A stretch of DNA of 64,000 nucleotides from Oscillospiraceae bacterium (GTDB lineage: Bacteria > Bacillota > Clostridia > UBA1381 > UBA9506): positions 4,943-68,942 of the forward strand of contig SVJO01000002.1 of assembly GCA_015068935.1 (NCBI GenBank). The letters run 5' to 3'. The position numbers and the translations under genes are program-made. The notes below the pieces were generated by a model. That model saw nothing but the letters and a program-made list of their open reading frames with translations. It ran no database searches and was not told the origin of the DNA. Of the stretch, positions 18,298 to 28,704 are shown one piece after another; position 1 is the stretch's first letter; each line of letters begins with the position of its first letter.

Positions 18298-19599
18298 ATG
18301 GGTAAAAGTATTACTAAATTAGTCATTTCTGTGCTTGTTATAGCTTTATGCGCATATATAGCACTGTTTGGCTTTGACATTAGGATTTCCAACTGGAATA
18401 TCAGCTATCCCAATGCGTTAGACGAAAATTACGGCATTCGTCAGGGTCTTGACCTTGTAGGAGGTTCAATCATCACTTATGAGGCGCAGGCGGAAAATGT
18501 AACAGCTGAAGAAATGCAGTCTGTTACTAACGTTTTAAGAAAACGTCTCGATGCACTTGGTTTTAGCGAAGCTACAGTAACAACTCAGGGCGAGAAGAAG
18601 GTTCGTGTTGAAATTCCTTCAATTCAGGACCCCAAGGAAGCCGTTGAAACACTGGGACAAACTGCAACTCTCACCTTCAGGGATTCTGACGGCAATATTG
18701 TTTTAGAAGGTACGGATGTAAAGAGTGCAAGGGCGGCTTATGGTGAGGTTAGCCAGACATCGGGCACAATTCATCATGTTGTTCTTAACCTTAACGATTC
18801 AGGTGTATCTAAGTTTACTGAGGCTACAAAAATAGCTTCTCAAAAAGCAGAAGGTTCAAACTATATTGCTATCATGCTTGATGAAGAAGTAATTTCTCAG
18901 CCTTCTGTTGATAGTACTATTAATACTTCTGAATGTGTTATTTCAGGCGGATTTGCAAATGCTGAAGAAACCGGCGAGCTTGCAGCTTTAATTAACTCCG
19001 GTAACCTTCCTTTTACTATAGAGCATGTTGAGCTCAGAAGTGTAGGTCCTTCTCTTGGCGAAAAGGCTTTATCTACAAGCCTTTTAGCTGCAGCAATCGG
19101 TATTCTTTTAGTTATGATATTCATGGCTGCAGTATATAAGCTTCCCGGTCTTATAGCAGATGTTTCTCTTATTTTCTATATAGCAATCATCGCGTATATT
19201 ATGTCGCAATTCAGAGTAAACTTAAGCCTTCCTGGTATTGCAGGTTTAATTCTGTCAGTAGGTATGGCGGTAGATGCAAACGTTATTATATTTGCACGTA
19301 TGAAAGAAGAACTTGTCGTTGGCAAGACTATTCGCGCCGCGGTTGATTCAGGTTATAAGAGAGCTTTTATTGCAATTGTTGATGCTAACATCACAACATT
19401 AATTGCAGCAGTTGTTCTCTTCTTCTTCGGTACTGGTCCGATTCAGGGCTTTGCTATCACATTGGGTATTGGTACTGTTGTCAGCATGTTTACTGCTATC
19501 TTCATAACCAAGTTCTTACTCAAACAGCTTGTAGGCTTGAAAATCAAGGACCTCAGATTATACGGTGTAAACGTAAAGAAGGAGGAACAAAATGTTTAA
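18298..19599 (+). CDS. secD: Protein translocase subunit SecD
   Basis: GLDLVGG, periplasmic domain, 6 TM; overlaps secF by 8 nt. Confidence 0.93.
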   Translation: MGKSITKLVISVLVIALCAYIALFGFDIRISNWNISYPNALDENYGIRQGLDLVGGSIITYEAQAENVTAEEMQSVTNVLRKRLDALGFSEATVTTQGEKKVRVEIPSIQDPKEAVETLGQTATLTFRDSDGNIVLEGTDVKSARAAYGEVSQTSGTIHHVVLNLNDSGVSKFTEATKIASQKAEGSNYIAIMLDEEVISQPSVDSTINTSECVISGGFANAEETGELAALINSGNLPFTIEHVELRSVGPSLGEKALSTSLLAAAIGILLVMIFMAAVYKLPGLIADVSLIFYIAIIAYIMSQFRVNLSLPGIAGLILSVGMAVDANVIIFARMKEELVVGKTIRAAVDSGYKRAFIAIVDANITTLIAAVVLFFFGTGPIQGFAITLGIGTVVSMFTAIFITKFLLKQLVGLKIKDLRLYGVNVKKEEQNV

Positions 19600-20509
19600 G
19601 ATAGTTGAAAAATCAAAATTATATTTTGCTGTTTCTGCAATTGTAATTTTAATAGGCATTATTGGTTTAGTTATTAACAATGGTTTTACGCTTTCTGTTG
19701 ATTTTGCAGGCGGTCTTAATATGTATGTTGACATGTCTGCTTATGTTAATAAGGGAAACGAATTAGACCTTGAAGGGATAGCAAAAGTTGTTCAGGACAA
19801 CACCCCCGAAAATGTTCAGCCTTCTGTTCTGCGTTCCGATGCAAATCAGGTTGTTATCAAAACTGTTTCAATCTCAGACCAGACAGAACTTGATAATATG
19901 AAGAAGGCTCTTTTGGAAACCTATTCTCTTGACGAGACTGCAATCCTCCAGATTGACAATATTGATGCTACTGTCGGCAAGGAATTAAGCTCTCAGGCAT
20001 TAACGGCAACACTGATTGCATCTGTTCTCATGCTTTTATATATTACAATTAGGTTTGAATTTAAAACAGGTATTTCTGCAATTGTTTGTCTGCTACATGA
20101 TGTATTAATAATGATGTCTTTCTATGCAGTATTTAAAATTCCGATTGACACAAACTTTATAGCAGCAGTTCTGACAATTATAGGTTACTCAATTAACAAC
20201 ACAATCGTTGTGTTTGACCGTATAAGAGAAAACTACTCAAGAGCAAAGCGTTCTCCTTTTGCTGACACAGTTAATAAGAGTATAAAGCAAACTCTCGGAA
20301 GATCAATAAATACATCTATTACAACTCTTCTTCCTATCGTTATGCTTTGTATATTGGGTGTAAGTTCAATCAGACAGTTTGCTCTGACGATTATTGTAGG
20401 ACTTGTAGCAGGTACGTATTCTTCAGTTTTCCTTGCGGGTTCAACATGGGCTTGGCTTAAAGGAATTCAGGATAATATGAAACGCAAGAAAATTGCGAAA
20501 AAAGCATAA
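19592..20509 (+). CDS. secF: Protein translocase subunit SecF
   Basis: DFAGG motif, 6 TM, GYSINNTIVVFDRIRE. Confidence 0.93.
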   Translation: MFKIVEKSKLYFAVSAIVILIGIIGLVINNGFTLSVDFAGGLNMYVDMSAYVNKGNELDLEGIAKVVQDNTPENVQPSVLRSDANQVVIKTVSISDQTELDNMKKALLETYSLDETAILQIDNIDATVGKELSSQALTATLIASVLMLLYITIRFEFKTGISAIVCLLHDVLIMMSFYAVFKIPIDTNFIAAVLTIIGYSINNTIVVFDRIRENYSRAKRSPFADTVNKSIKQTLGRSINTSITTLLPIVMLCILGVSSIRQFALTIIVGLVAGTYSSVFLAGSTWAWLKGIQDNMKRKKIAKKA

Positions 20510-20532
20510 ATAATTTTATATTAAAAAAAATA

Positions 20533-20570
20533 CAGGGTTGTTTGCAAAAAAGCAAAACAACCCTGATTTT
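20533..20570 (+). terminator. Intrinsic terminator after secF (bidirectional)
   Basis: CAGGGTTGTTTGC aaaaaa GCAAAACAACCCTG followed by ATTTTT. Confidence 0.8.
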
Positions 20571-20657
20571 TCCTTTGATTTAGCTTTGTTTAAGTTATCA
20601 CGTTTTTTCATTGATACTATTAAACAGCTAAAATTAAGGATTCTTTAAAGTTGAGCG

Positions 20658-20843
20658 TTATGACTGCTTTGAAACTGACTTCTCCGCTATTTCTATAGCT
20701 TTAGTAACCATGTTACCACAGTCACGTGATGTTACGTCACCCCAGCCGCCTGATTGTTTTACAACATCATAGACACCAAGCTCTTTTGCAATTTCCTCTT
20801 TAAGTTGGCTTGACATTTTTGAACGTCTGCGCACTGTTTTCAC
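20658..20843 (-). CDS. Alpha/beta-type small acid-soluble spore protein
   Basis: [11 protein letters not shown]...[23 protein letters not shown] matches the two conserved SASP blocks. Confidence 0.9.
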   Translation of the reverse strand: MKTVRRRSKMSSQLKEEIAKELGVYDVVKQSGGWGDVTSRDCGNMVTKAIEIAEKSVSKQS

Positions 20844-20951
20844 TCTCCTTATAACAGCTAAAAACTGTTACGACACTATTTTGTCCGTTTCATAATAAAA
20901 TATACACAAATAAAAAGACTTCAAAGTTGAAACTTTCGAAGTCTTTTTTTT

Positions 20952-21212
20952 CTATTTAGTTAATACTGTAAGCTTTATGGCTGTTCTTTCTTCGCCTTCT
21001 ATCTCTACATCTGAAAAAGCAGGAATACAAACGAGATCTGTACCTGATGGAGTTAAAAAACCTCTGGCAATCGCAATAGCTTTAATTGCCTGATTAAGAG
21101 CGCCTGCGCCAATTGCCTGCATCTCTGCTGTCCCGAATTCTCTTATTACTCCTGCAAGCGCGCCTGCCACAGAATTTGGATTAGATTTTGACGAAACTTT
21201 AAGTACTTCCAT
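20952..21212 (-). CDS. spoVS: Stage V sporulation protein S
   Basis: MEVLKVSSKSNPNSVAGALAGVIRE...AIGAGALNQAIKAIAIARGF is near-identical to the conserved SpoVS pattern. 86 aa. Confidence 0.95.
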   Translation of the reverse strand: MEVLKVSSKSNPNSVAGALAGVIREFGTAEMQAIGAGALNQAIKAIAIARGFLTPSGTDLVCIPAFSDVEIEGEERTAIKLTVLTK

Positions 21213-21257
21213 TGGTTATCTCCTTTCCTATAATAAAAAAATGTCCTGTTTAATAGA

Positions 21258-21327
21258 TTCGACATGTATAATATTATTCCTTCATTTGCTTATAAATTCC
21301 ACTTTTTACATAAAAACAATTGTCGAA
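21258..21327. promoter_or_regulatory. spo0A promoter region with two 0A boxes
   Basis: TTCGACA at 21258-21264 (reverse orientation) and TGTCGAA at 21321-21327, followed by TATAAT at 21333-21338. Consistent with the known Spo0A autoregulation architecture. Confidence 0.5.
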
Positions 21328-21546
21328 TTTTGTATAATTTTACCATATTTTTCTATTATATTTGTTTTAACACTTTTTGTTACCTTTTGACACAGAAAAA
21401 ACATATTGTTTCCCTTTTTAACTTTCATGTGTGAAACATTCGTTTCTTTAAAAAATCAATTTACAAAAAATGGAAAAATATTACTTGAATTGTGCTTTTT
21501 TATGTGTTATACTTCATATTGTTACAAAAAGATTGGAGGATTAGTC

Positions 21547-22371
21547 ATGCAGGATAAAATATCAGTCTTACTGATTGATGATAACAAAACACTATGTGAA
21601 TCAATAACAAAAAGCATTATGGCAGAACGAGATATAGAAATATTAGGTTCTGCAAATGACGGCATGTCCGGTCTTGAACTAATAAAAACCTTAAAGCCGG
21701 ATATTGTAGTTTGCGACATAGTTATGCCAAAACTTGATGGATTGGCTCTTTTAGAGAGAATAGAAAAAGAGAAACTTGAAAAAACTCCTGCGTTTATAAT
21801 GCTTTCTGCTGTCAGCCATGATAGTATTACCTCAAAAGCTCTTAATCTCGGAGCTAAATACTATATAGTAAAGCCTTATGAAAAAGTGGATGTTTTAATA
21901 AAAAGAATAAGAGAAATTGGTGATGGAAGCTCGAAAAAAACTGACTTTTTTAACTTAAATAACACCAGTGCTAAAAGTTCTCTTAAAAAGACTTCCTACA
22001 TAAATGAGGAAGATTTGGAAACGGTTGTAACAGAATTGATTCACGAAATAGGAGTTCCTGCCCATATAAAAGGATACAACTATCTAAGGGATGCCATTAC
22101 ACTGTGCACAAATGACAAAGAGTTTATAAATTCTATTACTAAGTTATTATACCCCACCGTTGCTAAAAATTATCAGACAACTTCCTCCCGTGTGGAACGC
22201 GCAATCAGACATGCTATTGAGGTTGCATGGAGCCGCGGCCGCGAAGAAATACTAAATGATATTTTTGGATATACAATTGACACAGAAAAAGGGAAACCAA
22301 CAAACGGCGAGTTTATTGCCATGATTTCCGATTCAATTCGTTTAAAAATGAAACATGCTTCAAACCAATAA
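21547..22371 (+). CDS. spo0A: Sporulation master regulator Spo0A
   Basis: Receiver domain (VLLIDDN..., DIVMPKLDG) and the C-terminal Spo0A signature [15 protein letters not shown]. Start moved from 21406 to ATG 21547 (GGAGGA RBS); the upstream extension has no homology. Confidence 0.95.
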   Translation: MQDKISVLLIDDNKTLCESITKSIMAERDIEILGSANDGMSGLELIKTLKPDIVVCDIVMPKLDGLALLERIEKEKLEKTPAFIMLSAVSHDSITSKALNLGAKYYIVKPYEKVDVLIKRIREIGDGSSKKTDFFNLNNTSAKSSLKKTSYINEEDLETVVTELIHEIGVPAHIKGYNYLRDAITLCTNDKEFINSITKLLYPTVAKNYQTTSSRVERAIRHAIEVAWSRGREEILNDIFGYTIDTEKGKPTNGEFIAMISDSIRLKMKHASNQ

Positions 22372-22454
22372 TGCTTATTCATTAATTATACTGCTTTTAT
22401 ATTTGGTTTTAATATAATCTTGTATTTTATTGCTTATGCAATAAATATAAAACG

Positions 22455-22504
22455 GTCCCTAGCTTTTTCCACCACCCCCCAGGATAAAGCTAAGGGACTT
22501 TTTT
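22455..22504 (+). terminator. Intrinsic terminator of spo0A
   Basis: GTCCCTAGCTTT ... AAAGCTAAGGGAC (one bulge) followed by T6. Confidence 0.65.
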
Positions 22505-22525
22505 ATTGACTATAATTAAAATAAT

Positions 22526-22555
22526 AAACAGGCTGTGATATAAAACAGCCTGTTT
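22526..22555 (-). terminator. Intrinsic terminator of rny
   Basis: AAACAGGCTGT gatataaa ACAGCCTGTTT immediately after the rny stop. Confidence 0.7.
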
Positions 22556-22561
22556 AACTTA

Positions 22562-24124
22562 TTATTTTGCGTATTCTACCGCTCTTGTTTCTCTTATGAC
22601 ATTAACTTTAATTTGTCCAGGATATTCAAGCTCGTCTTCGATTTTCTTAACTATATCACGTGCAACTAAAGTAATGCTCTCATCTTTAACATCATCAGGT
22701 TTTACCATGATTCTTATTTCACGGCCTGCCTGAATAGCAAAAGATTTATCAACACCATCAAATGAATTAGCTATCTCTTCAAGTTTTTCAAGTCGTTTAA
22801 TATATGACTCTATGTTTTCTCTTCTTGCACCGGGTCTTGCTGCAGAAATTGCATCTGCTGCCTGAACTATTGCCGCAATAAGAGTCGTAGCTTCAACATC
22901 GCCGTGGTGTGCCATTATAGCATGAACAACTTCCTGACCTTCTTTATATTTCTTAGCAAGGTCAGCACCAATCATGACGTGAGAACCTTCCATTTCGTGG
23001 TCAGCGGCTTTACCAAGGTCATGAAGAAGTCCCGCTCTTTTTGCAAGAGTTATGTCAACCCCGAGCTCTCCTGCAATAAGCCCTGACAAATAAGATACCT
23101 CTATAGAATGTTTTAAAACATTCTGTCCATAGCTTGTTCTGTATTTAAGCTTTCCTAAAAGTTTTATGATTTCAGGATGGAGTCCATGCACACCTGTCTC
23201 AAATGTGGCATTTTCACCTTCCTGTTTTATCTCAGTTTCAACTTCTTTTTTAGCTTTTTCATACATTTCCTCAATGCGAGTTGGATGTATTCTTCCGTCA
23301 ACAATAAGTTTTTCCAAGGCAAGACGTGCAATTTCTCGTCTTACGGGGTCAAATCCTGAAAGTATAACAGCCTCAGGTGTATCATCTATTATTAAATCGA
23401 TACCTGTCAGCGTCTCAAGAGTTCTTATGTTTCTTCCCTCTCTTCCTATTATGCGACCTTTCATTTCATCGCTTGGAAGAGGAACAACCGATACTGTAAC
23501 CTCTGCAACGTGGTCAGCAGCACATTTTTGAATAGCTCCTGCAATAATATTCTTTGCCTCTTTTTCGGCATTTTCTCTTGCCTGAGTTTCGATTTCCTTA
23601 ACCATTATTGCAGCTTCGTGTCTAACTTCGCTTTCAATACTCTGCAAAAGAACCTGTTTTGCTTCTTCAACACTAAGTCCCGATACTTTTTCAAGCATTG
23701 CAAGCTCTTTTTCTTTAATTTCTTCAATTGTGTGTCTTAACTCATCTAATTCTTTATCTTTTTTAGCAATATTTTCTTCTTTCTTTTCTATTGCCTCTGT
23801 TTTTTTGTCAAGATTTTCTTCTTTTTGCTGAATTCTTCTTTCCTGACGCGAAAGCTCTGAACGTCTTTCCTTAATTTCTTTGTCAGCCTCCTGGCGGGCT
23901 TTGTGATTTTCTTCTTTTGCTTCAAGCAAAAGTTCTCTTTTTTTGTTTTCTCCTTCTTTAGTTGCTCGCTGAATAATTTCTTTTGCTTCTGCTTCAGCAC
24001 TTCCTATTTCATTTTCAGCGATTTTTTTTCTATGCGAAACACCAAGTCTAAAACAAATAAAACCGACTATGGCGCACAATAAAACAGCAACTCCTATGTA
24101 GATTAAATGTATAATTTTAGGCAC
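22562..24124 (-). CDS. rny: Ribonuclease Y
   Basis: N-terminal TM, K/E-rich coiled coil, KH domain ([15 protein letters not shown]), HD domain (AGLLHDLGK), 520 aa. Confidence 0.96.
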   Translation of the reverse strand: MPKIIHLIYIGVAVLLCAIVGFICFRLGVSHRKKIAENEIGSAEAEAKEIIQRATKEGENKKRELLLEAKEENHKARQEADKEIKERRSELSRQERRIQQKEENLDKKTEAIEKKEENIAKKDKELDELRHTIEEIKEKELAMLEKVSGLSVEEAKQVLLQSIESEVRHEAAIMVKEIETQARENAEKEAKNIIAGAIQKCAADHVAEVTVSVVPLPSDEMKGRIIGREGRNIRTLETLTGIDLIIDDTPEAVILSGFDPVRREIARLALEKLIVDGRIHPTRIEEMYEKAKKEVETEIKQEGENATFETGVHGLHPEIIKLLGKLKYRTSYGQNVLKHSIEVSYLSGLIAGELGVDITLAKRAGLLHDLGKAADHEMEGSHVMIGADLAKKYKEGQEVVHAIMAHHGDVEATTLIAAIVQAADAISAARPGARRENIESYIKRLEKLEEIANSFDGVDKSFAIQAGREIRIMVKPDDVKDESITLVARDIVKKIEDELEYPGQIKVNVIRETRAVEYAK

Positions 24125-24314
24125 CTCCTTCTTATAATTTTATACTTAGCCTAATTATAAACTACCTTATTAATTTTAATACTTTTTTTTCTTTATGTCA
24201 ACTGTTATTTCAGTTTTTTTATAAATTTTTCGTTTCTACAGACAAAATTAATTGATTTTTATACGCTATTATGTTATTATTAGATAAACTATTATTTTAT
24301 GTTTTGGTGATATA

Positions 24315-25511
24315 ATGATGTCAAGCGATTTAAATAAGAAAATTGTTTCCGAAAATAATATAAAAACAAAGATTTTAGAAATTTTACTTTCTCTTTCTGT
24401 TTGTTTGTGTATTTTTTCTCAACTTCCGATAAATAAAATTTCTAACGATCTGCGTTCTTTAGGTTCTGCCTTGTGGTTTGTTTCTTTTTTTTATACTATG
24501 TTTGCATTCGGGAGAAGAATCAAACTTAAGGTCATTTTTCATGTTCTTCCTGTTTTAATTTTCGATTTTTTAATTATGGTTTTACAAGTTTTTTCAGGTA
24601 ATAACTACTTGTCCTCTCAGCTTATCTATCCTATTCATTTATCTGTTTTTATTTTTTTAGTTTGTTTTTTGAGTGGACAATTTCTGCCTGAAAAATCATT
24701 TAAAAGACTGGTCAATGTTTACGTTCTCAGTGTAATTATTGTATCATTATACATTTTTTTTAATTTTTATTATGACACAGCTTGGTTTTCATCAGCCCTT
24801 TATATATATGGAGCAAAAAACTCTTTTGCCCAAAACGTCCTATTTGCTGCTGTCTTTATTTTATTGTATGGGTTTATGAATAGCAACAAGTTGAAATATC
24901 CTATAATTTTTTTATTAATATTTTTCTTATTTATTTTAAAATGCCGTTCTACACTTGTGGGATTTTTCATAACCTTTTTTTATGTAATATTTTTTCATAT
25001 AAAAAATTTTACTGTAAAGGTTTTTATTGTTATATTCCTTTTATTTTTTATTTTGTCTATATTCGTTGTTCCTTCATTAAATGATTTTTTTATAGATGAA
25101 ATGATTTTTAATAACAGGATGGACGGCGGACTAAATGCAATTTCTTCAGGAAGACTTACCCATTTTGAAAGGTTTGTTGATTTATTTAATAACAGTCCTA
25201 TAATAGGAAACGGAAAAGTACGTGTTGAATCCTTCCCTCTTTCTGTATTAGCTGGATTTGGTGTTTTAGCGGGTTCTTTTATTATATATTTTTCAATATC
25301 GCCGCTTATTACATGCATTAAAAAATTGTTAAAAAAAGAATACTCCACAATGCTTACTATCCTCTTTATATTTACTCTTATTTCTCTGTCAAATTCTTTA
25401 TTTGAAGAGCAAGCCCCTTTTGGACCAGGTGTTAAATGTTTCTTTCTCTGGGTTGTTTATGGATTCTATCTTGGTAGAGAAAACAAATTTGATGAAAATT
25501 CTTTAAATTAA
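24315..25511 (+). CDS. Polytopic membrane protein, O-antigen ligase/polymerase (Wzy_C)-like
   Basis: About 10 predicted TM helices with a loop containing RSTLVGF and a larger extracytoplasmic loop. The assignment is tentative. Confidence 0.45.
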   Translation: MMSSDLNKKIVSENNIKTKILEILLSLSVCLCIFSQLPINKISNDLRSLGSALWFVSFFYTMFAFGRRIKLKVIFHVLPVLIFDFLIMVLQVFSGNNYLSSQLIYPIHLSVFIFLVCFLSGQFLPEKSFKRLVNVYVLSVIIVSLYIFFNFYYDTAWFSSALYIYGAKNSFAQNVLFAAVFILLYGFMNSNKLKYPIIFLLIFFLFILKCRSTLVGFFITFFYVIFFHIKNFTVKVFIVIFLLFFILSIFVVPSLNDFFIDEMIFNNRMDGGLNAISSGRLTHFERFVDLFNNSPIIGNGKVRVESFPLSVLAGFGVLAGSFIIYFSISPLITCIKKLLKKEYSTMLTILFIFTLISLSNSLFEEQAPFGPGVKCFFLWVVYGFYLGRENKFDENSLN

Positions 25512-25544
25512 TATAAAAAATGCATTTCAACAGAAATGCATTTT

Positions 25545-26357
25545 TTATATTACCGCAAAATAAATAATTACAATTATTCCTAAAATTATTCTATAGATTC
25601 CAAAGCATTTAAAATCATGTTTTCTTACAAAATTCATAAGCATTTTAATTGAAATTATTGATACAATATAAGCAACAGCCATTCCGGTTAATAGGATAAT
25701 AACATTTTCAGGATTTAATAAACCTATATTGCTTATTATTTTAAGACCGCTTACTCCAACCATAACAGGTATTGCCAAAAAAAACGAAAATTCTGCTGCA
25801 ACCGTTCTTGAACATCCAAGAATAATAGCTCCTAAAATTGTCGCTCCTGATCTGGATGTTCCGGGAATTATTGATAGAACCTGAAATATACCTATTAAAA
25901 GAGCTGTTTTATAGGTCATCTCTTTCATATCGTCTGTTTTTATCATTTTGTTCTTATTTTCTATTGATATAAATAAAATTCCGTAAATAATAAGCATTGC
26001 AGCAATTAAAAAGGGACTCTCAAACTTTTCCATAACTGGATCTAACAATAATCCTATCACTGCTGCCGGCAGACTTGCCACCAACACTTTAAACCACATA
26101 TCCCATGTGTTTTTTTTCTCTTCTGCCGTTTTGGATGGTGTAAAAGGATTTAATTTTCTAAAAAACATTGTAACAACTGCAAGAATTGCTCCGAATTGTA
26201 TAACATAAATAAAAAGTTCATTTGAAGTAAAACTTTCTTTGTTTTTTATAAAAGAATTTACTAATATCATATGTCCCGTACTGGAGATAGGAAGCCACTC
26301 TGTTATTCCTTCAACAACACCAAGTATAAAAGCTCTTATTAATTCTGTAATATTCAT
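25545..26357 (-). CDS. uppP: Undecaprenyl-diphosphate phosphatase
   Basis: GVVEGITEWLPISSTGHMIL and PGTSRSGATI motifs of the BacA/UppP family. Confidence 0.93.
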   Translation of the reverse strand: MNITELIRAFILGVVEGITEWLPISSTGHMILVNSFIKNKESFTSNELFIYVIQFGAILAVVTMFFRKLNPFTPSKTAEEKKNTWDMWFKVLVASLPAAVIGLLLDPVMEKFESPFLIAAMLIIYGILFISIENKNKMIKTDDMKEMTYKTALLIGIFQVLSIIPGTSRSGATILGAIILGCSRTVAAEFSFFLAIPVMVGVSGLKIISNIGLLNPENVIILLTGMAVAYIVSIISIKMLMNFVRKHDFKCFGIYRIILGIIVIIYFAVI

Positions 26358-26426
26358 TTTATCCCCCTTTTATATACTTATATGAATACATGGTACCTAT
26401 TATTACTTAAGGTACCATGTGATTTT

Positions 26427-27401
26427 CTATTTTATTATATAACTTGTATCTCTTTCGAGCGGTTCATTTATTACTATATGATTAAAAAGTTCTTTTATTT
26501 CTCCATCTATTAAAAACTGAACTTTATTCACATTTAAAAGCTCTGTAAGTGAATTTACTATTGAATAAACAGTCATTATTTCTGCTGATGTTCCTCCAGG
26601 ATGTTTTGAAATAAATTCCTTTGATAAATTTACAAAACATACTCCTTCTTTTGTTTCAACAGATATTATTTTTGTTCCGGAAGGAATTACTTGAATATTT
26701 TTTGTATTCTTAGGTCCTTCTAAAAGCTGAGAAACAATCAGTTTCTCCATTACTTCTCCTTTTGGAACTTTTATTTTTCTTACTTCGGACGAAAGATATT
26801 CTCCATTTTCATCTGAAAAATATAATGTTATATATTCTTCATCACTTTCCAAAGAGTCTGCATCAAAAACAAAATCTGTATCCCTTAAAATTCCTATTTC
26901 CTCTCCTTTTACATTTGTAAGAGGATTATTTTCAATTAAAATATTTACACTGTCTATCCCCTCTATAGAACAAAGAGATTTAACTATTGCTCCTACAGAA
27001 AGAATATCATATATATTCTGTTCGTTATAAAATTCTTTTGATAAATTCAATGAAACCAAATTTTTTTCAGCTTTAACCCATAAACACTTTGTTCCTGCTC
27101 TGACAGCGCTTTTTATTCCCTCCTCATTTGGATTTTCAATTACTTTTTCCATAATAAAAGAAAAAATTTTATTTTTTTCAATATGTTTTATATCCGTCTC
27201 TTTTTTTACGAGATTATTAGTCTCAGAATTCATATAATAAATACTTGCTGTTTTTTGCCTTAATGAATTTGAATTATCTACATTTACAGGAGTTTCATTT
27301 TTACATCCTGCAAAATACATAGTTAATAAACAAACTAATACAAAAAAAGCGATTTTTCTAATTTTCATAAAAAACCCTTCTTTCTGCTTACAAACCTTCA
27401 T
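26427..27401 (-). CDS. gerM: GerMN-domain sporulation/germination lipoprotein (GerM-like)
   Basis: Lipobox YFAGC (likely start at the internal MKIRKIAFF). Two GerMN-type repeats (..LVSLNLSKEF.., ..VCFVNLSKEF..). Confidence 0.7.
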   Translation of the reverse strand: MKVCKQKEGFFMKIRKIAFFVLVCLLTMYFAGCKNETPVNVDNSNSLRQKTASIYYMNSETNNLVKKETDIKHIEKNKIFSFIMEKVIENPNEEGIKSAVRAGTKCLWVKAEKNLVSLNLSKEFYNEQNIYDILSVGAIVKSLCSIEGIDSVNILIENNPLTNVKGEEIGILRDTDFVFDADSLESDEEYITLYFSDENGEYLSSEVRKIKVPKGEVMEKLIVSQLLEGPKNTKNIQVIPSGTKIISVETKEGVCFVNLSKEFISKHPGGTSAEIMTVYSIVNSLTELLNVNKVQFLIDGEIKELFNHIVINEPLERDTSYIIK

Positions 27402-27706
27402 CGATTATTTTTTTCTTTTAATTCAGCCAATTCCAGTTCAAGTTTTTCTATTTTGTCAGTATATTCAACTACGTTTCTAATAAGTTCATCTTCTGTTTTT
27501 TTAACTTTAAAATATTCATCTGTTATATTTATACAAGCTAAAACTGCCGCCATCTGATTACTCATTTTTGTACTTTGTTTTTTTAATTTTTCAACTTTTT
27601 CATTAACAAAATCGGCAATTTTTATTACATATTCATATGGTTCGTCTGAAATCAGAGAATAATCTACTCCCCCTACTTTTATAACGTATTTAGATTTTTG
27701 TTTCAT
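27398..27706 (-). CDS. zapA: Cell division protein ZapA
   Basis: 102 aa. N-terminal beta segment VIKVGGVDYSL, MAAVLACINITDEY, and a C-terminal coiled coil. Confidence 0.8.
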   Translation of the reverse strand: MKQKSKYVIKVGGVDYSLISDEPYEYVIKIADFVNEKVEKLKKQSTKMSNQMAAVLACINITDEYFKVKKTEDELIRNVVEYTDKIEKLELELAELKEKNNR

Positions 27707-27744
27707 AAATTATACCTCCATTCAGACTTTTCTTTATTAAAAAA

Positions 27745-28233
27745 CTATGCAAGTTCTTCTTTTATTATTTCTGTCATAATTTTTTCTATTTCGTCTTTTT
27801 CTTTTTTCTTTGCGACTACAAGCTCACTTATAAGTATTTGTTTTGCATTTGAAAGCATTTTATGTTCTCCTGTAGAAAGCCCCTTTTCCATTTCTCTATA
27901 CATAAGACTTTTTACAACCCTTACAACTTCATAAATGTCTCCGCTTTTTATTTTGGTCATATTATCTCTGTATCTTTTATTCCAGTTATTATCTTGCTCT
28001 TCCCTATAATTTTTAAATTCCTTTAAAACATTATCTGCTTCTTTTTCTTCTATAACTTCACGCAACCCTACTTCATCTGCTTTATCAACAGGAACCATAA
28101 CCTTCATGTCACCGACAGGAATTCTCAATACATAATAATCTTTCATTTCTCCCATTATTTCTCTTTTTTCGATTGATTCTATTATTCCTGCTCCATGCAT
28201 AGGATATACTACTTTATCTCCTATATCATACAT
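27745..28233 (-). CDS. carD: CarD/CdnL-family RNA polymerase-binding transcription factor
   Basis: MYDIGDKVVYPMHGAGIIESIEKREIMGEMKDYYVLRI (Tudor-like RID) plus a helical C-terminal domain. Confidence 0.88.
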   Translation of the reverse strand: MYDIGDKVVYPMHGAGIIESIEKREIMGEMKDYYVLRIPVGDMKVMVPVDKADEVGLREVIEEKEADNVLKEFKNYREEQDNNWNKRYRDNMTKIKSGDIYEVVRVVKSLMYREMEKGLSTGEHKMLSNAKQILISELVVAKKKEKDEIEKIMTEIIKEELA

Positions 28234-28491
28234 TTGCCCAAGACCTCCTGAAGACCTTTTTTAATTTCATAAAAAACAACGGCTGCTCTTTTAACATTAA
28301 AAGGCGCCATATTTTTTAATATTCTTTACTACTTTTTATACTTCTCTTCTCTTTCCATTATACAACAAAAATATAAAAATTTCAATAATTATTCTTTTTT
28401 TTTTAATTATTTTATGATATAATATTTTTATTGAATAGTAAATTAACAACATATTTTCTGTTAATAAGGTTTTAATAAACTTTATTATTAT

Positions 28492-28566
28492 TGTTGATAA
28501 TTTTTTTATTTACAAAATATGTAAAATAATTATTTATGATATGTTAATATTTATTTTTTATCAACA
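28492..28566. promoter_or_regulatory. Pair of inverted DnaA-box-like 9-mers (TTATCAACA) in the AT-rich dnaN upstream spacer
   Basis: TGTTGATAA at 28492-28500 (the reverse complement of TTATCAACA) and TTATCAACA at 28558-28566, each one mismatch from TTATCCACA. Weaker copies are TTATCATTA at 28581 and TTTTCAACA at 28623. Confidence 0.3.
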
Positions 28567-28704
28567 TCTTATAAACATAGTTATCATTAAATAAAAACCT
28601 TTTTTCTAGTGATTTAATAAAGTTTTCAACAAAACTAACATATCCTACTATTATTATTACTATTTTAAATTATTATATATTATATTTAAAGGAGTGTTTT
28701 TAAA

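Noticed and set aside
21406-21546. N-terminal 47-aa extension of the spo0A ORF in the track
   Set aside because: The extension covers the promoter and 0A-box region and has no similarity to Spo0A. ATG 21547 with a GGAGGA RBS gives the canonical receiver-domain start.
23788-24000. Lys-rich 70-aa ORF inside rny, plus other alternative frames at 22904-23740
   Set aside because: They are alternative-frame and antisense artefacts of the K/E-rich coiled-coil coding region of RNase Y.
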